Shown one piece after another: positions 36,058 through 43,755 of a stretch of 51,908 bases of DNA. Numbering within the stretch: the stretch's first letter is position 1; each line of letters starts with the position of its first letter. The notes beneath the pieces are model-generated. The model did no database searches. It was given only the letters and a program-made list of their open reading frames with translations, and was not told the origin of the DNA. Source of the stretch: a virus (Duplodnaviria; Caudoviricetes). The stretch spans positions 1-51,908 of the IMG/VR virus record IMGVR_UViG_3300037631_003842. One strand, 5' to 3'. The translations under genes were made by a program, and so were the position numbers.

Positions 36058-36169
36058 AAAAAAAACCTCTCTAATCTGACTGGGAGAGCAAGAGCCATTT
36101 CGAGAGGTTAAAAAATCTGAATATATCGAACTTCTGATTTTTTGAAAGACTAATAGTGCCTCTCCCAGT
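36058..36169 (-). terminator. terminator with overlapping alternative helix after the capsid gene
   Basis: AACCTCTC/GAGAGGTT stem plus T run; loop segment ACTGGGAGAG (36079-36088) is complementary to CTCTCCCAGT (36160-36169). Confidence 0.65.
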
Positions 36170-36191
36170 TTTTCTAAATCCTAATTAAAGA

Positions 36192-37709
36192 TTATTTAGA
36201 AGCTGCGTTTCTAAGAACGAAGTTCTTCTTAGGCACCTTAACTGATGGAGCACCGAAGAGCATAAGAAGGAATTGCTTAGCAGCACCAACTTCTGCAAGA
36301 GGACGACGGATGAAGTCGAGAAGACGTGCAAACTCGATAACACCTTGGTCGAGCTGAGTAATGAGAACGCTGTCGCAATCATTTTGCTCAAATCCTGCGT
36401 CAAACCAATCAGCACCAATAATCTCATCAGCCTTAACTTCACCGATGAGCTGTGCTTTACGAAGACACTGTGCATCACTAAGGTCGCCTTTGCAACGATA
36501 GATACGAACGTAAAGAGGAGCATCACCTGCAGTTTGAGCAGCGAGGTTGAACTTAGGAATTTGACCGTCGTGTGCATCAACAGCGTCAGAAAGAATAGGG
36601 TCAGAATAACCTTTCTTATTAACCATTACGAATACATAGCGATAATCACCTTGGTGGTCGCCATTACCAGTTGGGTCCCAACCTACTGAAGTATCAAGGT
36701 CAGCATTTAATGCAGTAACAGCAGCGCGATAATTTACATCTGTATCAACACCTTGTGAAGTGAAACGTGCAGCGCCGTTTTGGAGAGTAAGGTCAGAGCT
36801 TGCAGATTTAACTGAAGGTGGAGCAAGACGACGGCTGATAAATGGAGCAGCAACTACAGGTACGGGTCCCATAGGTCCCATAACGTGGATGCGAGGTCCA
36901 GCACCAATAGTGTGAACGCCTTGGTCTCCTTGATTAACCATAATCATTGAGTCGTGGCGACCATTCTGTGCACTATCGCTGATAAGCTTGCTGTATGCCT
37001 TAGGAGACATAAAGATTGCGTCAGGCTGTCCAAAACGAGGAGCAGAGTAAAGCTCACCAAGAACTTCGTGAAGCTTCTCACCAGTTAAAGCAGAACCGCC
37101 TAGGTCCTCTTGGTTGTCAGAGAAATCACGGCCAAAACGGAATGGATTACGTCGACCGCTATCGCCACGCTCAATTTGCTTAAGAACACCGTCAAATGCA
37201 TTGACATTTACGTCTTCATCACCGTGGAAAAGTTGAACCTCCATTTTACGAAGAAGGCTCATTGTGCCGCGCTCAGTCTCTTCAGCAAGAGCGTCTGCGT
37301 TAGGACCAACAATACCTACAAGGCTTGCAACGTCAGAGATGCTGCGTTTTTCTGCCATATATTTAATCTTTACAGATTTTCTCTCGTATTGTGATGCTGA
37401 TGCACCAAACTCACTACCGCCACCTTCGCTGATGAATGGGTCGAGGTCTTCACCGTGGTCGCGAATAACTGCATACTCGTGAAGAGTGTTAGTTGCTTGG
37501 ACCTTAGGAAGCATTGGCCATAGAGCCAAATCGCGCATAGTGTGAGCAGCAGAAGCTAAAGTTCCTTCAATTGACTGAGGGACGATAGGTGAAAGTGAGC
37601 CTGCGCCCATAGTGTTGCTCTGATAACCTACTTCGCTGCTTTTGCGAAGAGTATCATTTAGACGGGTAAGTTCGTTAATAGTAACGTTTTCATTGATATT
37701 AGGTAACAT
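36192..37709 (-). CDS. major capsid protein (Herelleviridae-like, HK97 fold)
   Basis: L..QS.E.TL, T.HEY, KY.A..R, E..LF.GD, FDG..K.I motifs and a Y...YR insertion domain. Confidence 0.92.
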   Translation of the reverse strand: MLPNINENVTINELTRLNDTLRKSSEVGYQSNTMGAGSLSPIVPQSIEGTLASAAHTMRDLALWPMLPKVQATNTLHEYAVIRDHGEDLDPFISEGGGSEFGASASQYERKSVKIKYMAEKRSISDVASLVGIVGPNADALAEETERGTMSLLRKMEVQLFHGDEDVNVNAFDGVLKQIERGDSGRRNPFRFGRDFSDNQEDLGGSALTGEKLHEVLGELYSAPRFGQPDAIFMSPKAYSKLISDSAQNGRHDSMIMVNQGDQGVHTIGAGPRIHVMGPMGPVPVVAAPFISRRLAPPSVKSASSDLTLQNGAARFTSQGVDTDVNYRAAVTALNADLDTSVGWDPTGNGDHQGDYRYVFVMVNKKGYSDPILSDAVDAHDGQIPKFNLAAQTAGDAPLYVRIYRCKGDLSDAQCLRKAQLIGEVKADEIIGADWFDAGFEQNDCDSVLITQLDQGVIEFARLLDFIRRPLAEVGAAKQFLLMLFGAPSVKVPKKNFVLRNAASK

Positions 37710-37721
37710 TATGTATTCTCC

Positions 37722-38246
37722 TTAAAAATTTACTTTATCAATATCTACACCCGCCTCAAGACGACTAATCGCTTTAAAGAGTTGGGCTTTTCTTTCGAAA
37801 GAGGCAGAAGATAGCTCTGCCATAGCTTTGTTAATTAATTCGGTGCGAGTTGGAGCAGCAGCTTCTGGAGCTTCTACGCTAACTTCTTCTTCTACGACTA
37901 CAGTTGCTGATTTAACTACTGGCTCATTCTCAAGGTCTTCTACCTTTTTATTAAGCTCTTCAGTTTTTTCTTCAACGTTTTTCGTAATCTCTTCAGCTTT
38001 AACTTCAATTGCTTTCTCAATATCCTCTTGTGAAGGGATGTTAAGAGCAGCTACTGCGTTAAGGATGCTGTCAAGTTTTGCTGAAAGTTCATCTACAGAT
38101 TTGCTTAGACCTTCAAACTTAGCCGTATGCTCGGCTACTAAGGCGTCTGCTGACTTAGCAAGCTCTGTTGAAACTTTATTTTCAATTTCGAGAGTTTCCT
38201 TAATCTCAGTAAGGATTGTCTCAACATTATTATTAGTTTCTGACAT
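37722..38246 (-). CDS. capsid scaffolding-like protein
   Basis: Acidic coiled-coil protein between protease and capsid; AGGAG RBS before ATG 38246. Confidence 0.7.
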   Translation of the reverse strand: MSETNNNVETILTEIKETLEIENKVSTELAKSADALVAEHTAKFEGLSKSVDELSAKLDSILNAVAALNIPSQEDIEKAIEVKAEEITKNVEEKTEELNKKVEDLENEPVVKSATVVVEEEVSVEAPEAAAPTRTELINKAMAELSSASFERKAQLFKAISRLEAGVDIDKVNF

Positions 38247-38592
38247 TGTGTTTTCTCCTATAGAATTTATAATCTTATTTGATGCCGTTTGCATAGGCTT
38301 TGCTTGTTGCTATTGTTTGTGCAATATATACAAATATACCTTACTTGACAATAGAAAAACAATTAGAGCGAATTTTAGCGCGTTCCTATATTATATATAC
38401 TGCAACTGATTAATTTATTTAGTTATAAGTATATTTTTTTTATGTTTTGTTAGTTTAGATGTCGAAAACTTTATCTTTATATATTAAAAGCAAGTTTTAT
38501 TTATTTATTATTCTGTTTTTATAGAAATATTTTTTTATATGTTTAATAATATATTTAAATTCTATAAAAACAGAGTTAATCTGGGTTGTCTA

Positions 38593-39867
38593 TTAGCTAC
38601 AATATTGTTTGATATATTCTTGCATTTTATCGACAGGTAATCCCATTTCAAGCATACCCAAAATAAGTTGCTTCAATTCTTCAGGTGAAAGTCCTTCTGG
38701 CATTTCTACCTCAGGCATATCTTCTTTATCCATAGGCTCCATATTCATATCTTCTGAAGCTAAAGGCTGCTCATCGTCTTCTAAACTTTCAGGCTGAATA
38801 GGACTTAGGTCAGACATTTTATCCATTTGACTATGTATTTCTGCCATAATCTCAGGGTCTGCTAATTCTGGATGAATTTCTAAAAGTTTTTGGGCTTTAC
38901 TCTTTGGGTCTTCACCGTCTTCGTAATCGATTTTCTCTTTCTTAAGACCTTCTAAGAAACGAGCATATTCCATCATTTGTTGTCTGTCCATTTTATCCAT
39001 CTCTTCGTCAGACTTATAATATCCCTTTTCCATCTCAAAAGATTGAGGATAATCATTATCTCTATCGTAAAGTGGTGGCTCAACATCTTCGGGAGCATCT
39101 ACTACTTCTTCTCGCAGTGCGTCAATATCTTTATCCATCTCTTCTTGCATCTCTACTTCAAGATAGTGATATGCTGCCTGAAGGTAATCAAGAGCTTTTG
39201 TAATCTTTCCTTGGACCCATTCTGGTAAGTCTGCATCCATTGGCATTGATTTGAGTAATGCACAAAGCTTTTCAGAATAGTCTTCGAGCATTTTACTTTG
39301 CTTATATGTCATAGGCAAATCATCGTATTGTTTTTCCATAGTTTCTGTTTTCTCCATATCTGTCAAAATAGATTTAACTAAAGCTACAGTTGCTTCAGTA
39401 TTACAAGGTTGATGTGTCAATGAAACATTTAAAACCTTCGCACGAGTAATAATATGTGGATTTTTATTATCTCTTGCTAAGACTTGGCCTTCTATACTAA
39501 AGCCTAATTGTCTAATATCTCCTGCGCTCTTCATTGCTTTATAGTTTTCGACTAAGTCTTTAACTATTTGTTTTTTAGCATAAAGAATGCCTTTAATTGA
39601 TGTTGCGTTTTTACCTCTATGTTTAATCCTATTAACGGATTGAGGAGCACCTACAATAAAACGTGGTTCATTCTGGTGGTCGTAATTAAATGCACCATTT
39701 TTAAGACAATAGCTCCAGTCAATACCATCTTGCAGAATAATCTCTCCTGCACTATCTTGATGTTCTGTTGTTGCTATGCCTTCAATATCTATAGTCTCTT
39801 TCTCATCATCTTTATTAAGATTTAAAGTTAGAGGCTGAAATTTACTAAATACGTCAAGTTTGCTCAT
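38593..39867 (-). CDS. prohead protease with acidic C-terminal extension
   Basis: IEGIATT...D..GE, N.DH, LGFSIEG and VSLT..P.N motifs. Confidence 0.9.
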   Translation of the reverse strand: MSKLDVFSKFQPLTLNLNKDDEKETIDIEGIATTEHQDSAGEIILQDGIDWSYCLKNGAFNYDHQNEPRFIVGAPQSVNRIKHRGKNATSIKGILYAKKQIVKDLVENYKAMKSAGDIRQLGFSIEGQVLARDNKNPHIITRAKVLNVSLTHQPCNTEATVALVKSILTDMEKTETMEKQYDDLPMTYKQSKMLEDYSEKLCALLKSMPMDADLPEWVQGKITKALDYLQAAYHYLEVEMQEEMDKDIDALREEVVDAPEDVEPPLYDRDNDYPQSFEMEKGYYKSDEEMDKMDRQQMMEYARFLEGLKKEKIDYEDGEDPKSKAQKLLEIHPELADPEIMAEIHSQMDKMSDLSPIQPESLEDDEQPLASEDMNMEPMDKEDMPEVEMPEGLSPEELKQLILGMLEMGLPVDKMQEYIKQYCS

Positions 39868-40319
39868 TTATCTTTCCTCTCAAATTGTGTATTTAACGCC
39901 TCATTGAGAGGCTTGCCACTATCTAATAGTTTTTGAAGCTCTTCTAAAGCATAACTTCCTACAACGTGCCACTCAGGTCTTTTATAACCAAATCTTTGCT
40001 GAATTGTAAATGCTTTTTGTAATTGTGATAGTTTAATGTTTTTAGCAGCTATAGCTTTTGCTATTCTTCTACTTGCCCCATTAGGACCTTTTAGTTTACT
40101 TTTCTTTACTTTTTGTATTGCAGCTGCAGACTGTTCGATAATAGCATCACCAATAGTAATGACGTTTTCTTCTGTTTTATTTATTTCTTCTTTATGAGTA
40201 TTTATAGGTTGTTCATCTAAATTATGAACGTCAGCTAAACGACTAACATCTTTTGATTTATTTAGAGTTTGTCTTGCTTCTGACCTTGCTTTTTTTAATA
40301 TGTCTTGAAATGTTGTCAT
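39864..40319 (-). CDS. hypothetical head-module protein
   Basis: ATGA-coupled to the protease; start immediately follows the dispersed motif. Confidence 0.7.
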   Translation of the reverse strand: MTTFQDILKKARSEARQTLNKSKDVSRLADVHNLDEQPINTHKEEINKTEENVITIGDAIIEQSAAAIQKVKKSKLKGPNGASRRIAKAIAAKNIKLSQLQKAFTIQQRFGYKRPEWHVVGSYALEELQKLLDSGKPLNEALNTQFERKDK

Positions 40320-40320
40320 T

Positions 40321-40398
40321 GTTAACTGCCTATCATTGGTATTATATATATTATTATTTGTTTTTTAGTTTGGATTAACTCTTAACTGCCTATCAATG
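40321..40398. repeat. dispersed motif, copies 3 and 4 (60-bp period)
   Basis: GTTAACTGCCTATCATTGGTATTA at 40321-40344 (identical to 5777-5800) and TTAACTGCCTATCAATG at 40382-40398. Confidence 0.95.
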
Positions 40399-40410
40399 TT
40401 ATATATTATA

Positions 40411-40515
40411 TTATTTAGACTTATTACGTTTACCGTATTCTGAAGGTGGGACTTTATCTTGTTGTTTACTTTGAATAGATATCCAGTATGCCCATTGTTG
40501 TTCTAAATCACTCAT
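40411..40515 (-). CDS. putative 34-aa peptide (MSDLEQQWAYWISIQ...)
   Basis: TAATG overlap with the portal stop; below the ORF-track cutoff. Confidence 0.45.
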   Translation of the reverse strand: MSDLEQQWAYWISIQSKQQDKVPPSEYGKRNKSK

Positions 40516-43070
40516 TAATCTTTTAATCCTTCTACAAATATTTCTTTAGTTTCTTTTATAGACAGAGATTTTTTACTTTCTAAATGTTTATCCCATAAGT
40601 GCTTATCAGCTTTACGTGCTCCACTCTTACTGTCAAATAAGAAGGCATAGCAACGGGCTCTTGCCCAAGATTGTGGTGTTTGTCCCGGTCTATGTCCACT
40701 TGTTGCTGCAGCAGCTAAACCTTTATCATATACTTCTTCAATAATCTTCTTAGAAACACCACTTACTTTACTTGCAGCACGAATAAATTCATCTTTACCG
40801 GGCTTTTTAATCTCTTCTCTTACTTCATCAGCTTTCTTAGACTTAGTGCCTTTATTTTGTTCAGCTTTATCAAAATCGTAATCATCTCCAGGGAGTGGTC
40901 CATAAATCTGTTCACCAGTCTCCTTGAAATGTTCTTGGCGTCTTTCTATTTCTTTTTCTCTTTCTCTCGCAATATCCTCAGGTAATCCTTCAAAGTATTG
41001 TGCTGGGTGTCCTTCTCCGTCTCCGTCAAAATCTACCTTAGCTTTTTCCATATCTTCTGAAGTTTTTCTATCTACTTCGTATAATAATTCTTCTACCCAA
41101 GCTAATGCTTCAAATCCACCCCATAACATATATGAGATATATCCTCTATCAGTCCAAGGTTTATCCTCGTTTGATGGCTTTGCGTTTTTCTTATGCCTTA
41201 TAAGAAAGCTATACATTCTTTCAATGATGTTTAACGAGAGTTTTTCTCCATTTGCTAATTGATTAACTCTCTTTTTACCTACAGCTGTTCCACCCTGAAC
41301 TTCATCACCAAACTCTTCTTTAAGTTTATAATATTCTTTAGCAACAGCTACTACTTCAGATGGGACTTCAAATATAGCATCATCATCACTGAATTTATCC
41401 CAGTTAATCTTATCTAAATAGTCAAAGTTAAATGTAAGGTCTTTTACTTCCTTCATTTCTGCTTCAACTTCCTTATCACTAAACTCTGCTTTGACTACGT
41501 CTTCTGAAGGAGTTTTAGGTGCTACTTCACCTTCTAATTGAAGCTCTTTTTCGTGCTCTTCATTAATAACTTCTTCTAAATCACTGTCAATATCATCTTT
41601 ACCTACTTCGTTGGCAACAAGAATACCTTGCTCTTTAATAACTGCAGTCTTAATTGCTGTATAAGCTGCTGCAAGAATATCACCGTCTTCTAACTCAGGT
41701 AAATCGTGATATGTGCGTATCTCATTTAAGGTCATATATTTCATCTTGTGCTCTTCTAACTTCATCTTATCCATTAGAGAAACACTGTCAAGACCTGTAA
41801 ATATTAATTTATATCTGTCATCAATCTGGTCGATAATATAACGATTAATCCACGATTGTAATGACCTAACTAAAGGACGTAAACCTTTTTCTTTGCCCAT
41901 TAAAACACGAGCAGATGGGTCTGTCCCAAATAAACTGCTGTTTTGGCTCTCATTACCAAAAACAAATCCTATTTCAGCAGGGTCAATTTGATAAACTGAG
42001 CAAGTAATCTTAATTAAATAGTTTACCCAAGTATCATACTCCATCTCTTTGTTAGAAGGCTGAAGATTGATTGACGAGATGTCTTCTTTCTCATCAGGGT
42101 CTAATTGTATAAGTGGTGTGCGTTTTGCATTGCCTACACCATTAAGCATTTGATAAAATTCACGTCTAAAACTTCTGAATAGCTTAGGGTTCATCTTAGA
42201 CTTAATAGCAATAATACCGTTTGCATTTATACCGTTTGTAAAGTTTGCTGCGTTATATGTTTCTGCATTAAATAGATTGTTAAGCACACCGTATAACTCA
42301 AATAACTCTGAATATCCATATCCTTTTGATTTAATCTCACTACGAGGACGTCTAACACCAAAACAGAGTTCATCTTGTTTATATTCAGCAACAACTTTAT
42401 TGTTTATTACCTGAACATAACGAATACCATCAGCGTCTCTACGACCTCTTGCTACTTCTTCTTTAGTTAGTGGAGCTTTTTTAATAGTTGTTGCATCAAC
42501 AGGCATAAATCTACTGATTTGTCCTTTTCTATTTTTAACTATTTCGAAGCAAGCTTGGTCATAAATCAAACTATCTCTAATAATTTGTCTAATAAAACTC
42601 TCAAAAGTTAACTCGTAATCTTCTATAGATGAGCCACATTGATGAAGAAAGCGTTGAAGTGCTTTTATGTTTTCTCTATCATCATCTGATAACTCTTGAT
42701 GTTCGTCTTTTAAAACGATTTTATAACCTAAATCCTCATCAGGTGAATATTGAGCAAACTCTGCACACTGATTTATACGACTACCTATGATTGAGCTGAT
42801 AATATGGTGCTTTGAAAGATTTTTTAGTGCATCTACATTTAATTTGTCTGATTGCGCTTCTTCAAAGTAATATTTTTTCCCACTACCTTCATAACTATTC
42901 ATCATCATCGCGTTTGCGTGGTCGTATGGGTCAACGTTATGATATTTAGCTTCTTTAGCTATTGTTTCTAAAACGTGCTCACCACTGGGAGTAACATCCA
43001 AAGGCTCAACACTTTTTGTAAGAGCGTTCTCATCTTCAGATTTTCTTGTAAAAATGTCATACCAAGCCAT
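40515..43070 (-). CDS. portal protein with C-terminal accessory domains
   Basis: FI.QI.RD.L.YDQ..FE, F..VDA.TI, GYG.SEL, DPAEIGF and KGL.PL portal motifs in the first ~480 aa. Confidence 0.93.
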   Translation of the reverse strand: MAWYDIFTRKSEDENALTKSVEPLDVTPSGEHVLETIAKEAKYHNVDPYDHANAMMMNSYEGSGKKYYFEEAQSDKLNVDALKNLSKHHIISSIIGSRINQCAEFAQYSPDEDLGYKIVLKDEHQELSDDDRENIKALQRFLHQCGSSIEDYELTFESFIRQIIRDSLIYDQACFEIVKNRKGQISRFMPVDATTIKKAPLTKEEVARGRRDADGIRYVQVINNKVVAEYKQDELCFGVRRPRSEIKSKGYGYSELFELYGVLNNLFNAETYNAANFTNGINANGIIAIKSKMNPKLFRSFRREFYQMLNGVGNAKRTPLIQLDPDEKEDISSINLQPSNKEMEYDTWVNYLIKITCSVYQIDPAEIGFVFGNESQNSSLFGTDPSARVLMGKEKGLRPLVRSLQSWINRYIIDQIDDRYKLIFTGLDSVSLMDKMKLEEHKMKYMTLNEIRTYHDLPELEDGDILAAAYTAIKTAVIKEQGILVANEVGKDDIDSDLEEVINEEHEKELQLEGEVAPKTPSEDVVKAEFSDKEVEAEMKEVKDLTFNFDYLDKINWDKFSDDDAIFEVPSEVVAVAKEYYKLKEEFGDEVQGGTAVGKKRVNQLANGEKLSLNIIERMYSFLIRHKKNAKPSNEDKPWTDRGYISYMLWGGFEALAWVEELLYEVDRKTSEDMEKAKVDFDGDGEGHPAQYFEGLPEDIAREREKEIERRQEHFKETGEQIYGPLPGDDYDFDKAEQNKGTKSKKADEVREEIKKPGKDEFIRAASKVSGVSKKIIEEVYDKGLAAAATSGHRPGQTPQSWARARCYAFLFDSKSGARKADKHLWDKHLESKKSLSIKETKEIFVEGLKD

Positions 43071-43075
43071 CTAAT

Positions 43076-43240
43076 TTACTCCTCATTGTTAGTTTGCTTT
43101 TTATCTTTTTCTAATATTATATCGAGATTTGCTATGATTTTATCAAGTCTATCATTCATAGAGTTTGCCATAGCATTAATCTCGTCAAGTGTTGTTTTGA
43201 TTTTAACTGAAACTTCTTCAAATTGTTTTTCGTTTTTCAT
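43076..43240 (-). CDS. small coiled-coil protein (54 aa, MKNEKQFEEV...)
   Basis: AAGGAG RBS; stops 5 nt before the portal start; not in the ORF track. Confidence 0.65.
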   Translation of the reverse strand: MKNEKQFEEVSVKIKTTLDEINAMANSMNDRLDKIIANLDIILEKDKKQTNNEE

Positions 43241-43304
43241 TGTGTCTCTCCTTTTAAGTATATATTAATAAATATCTCTTAAACGTGAAAAGTAATGTAA
43301 AACT

Positions 43305-43568
43305 TTAACGTTCTTCCATTAAATGCTGAACATTTGTATCAATTCTCGCTAAGGTTAGTTGAATGGAGCCTGTTGTCGTTTTAAGCGCGTCAATCTCCTG
43401 TTTTATTTCCTTAATGTCTTGCTTATGTTCTTTTAATGTTTCTACTTCAGTCTCTAATTTTTGAATTTGTTTAGCAGTATCTTTGCTATCTTTATGAAAA
43501 GTATAGAATAAGCCCACAAGGCCAAAAATACTCCCTAAACTCATTACTAATTGTGTTTCTGCTCCCAT
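43305..43568 (-). CDS. N-terminal TM plus coiled-coil small protein
   Basis: One hydrophobic helix then heptads; AGGAG RBS. Confidence 0.7.
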   Translation of the reverse strand: MGAETQLVMSLGSIFGLVGLFYTFHKDSKDTAKQIQKLETEVETLKEHKQDIKEIKQEIDALKTTTGSIQLTLARIDTNVQHLMEER

Positions 43569-43716
43569 TATTTTTTTGCTCCTGTGTTTTGGCTTATCTA
43601 CATACTATCACAGGCCCCGCCAGCCTGTGGGTGCCTTAAATGGCTCCACCTATTAAAATAGGGAGTCTACATTTGTCTCTGTTTAATAGAAAGTAATATT
43701 CTATATAAACAATAAT

Positions 43717-43742
43717 AAAAAACGCAATGTTTAAACTGCGTT
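43717..43742 (-). terminator. rho-independent terminator
   Basis: AACGCA/TGCGTT stem plus T run just after 43756..46596. Confidence 0.6.
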
Positions 43743-43755
43743 AATCCTAATAATC

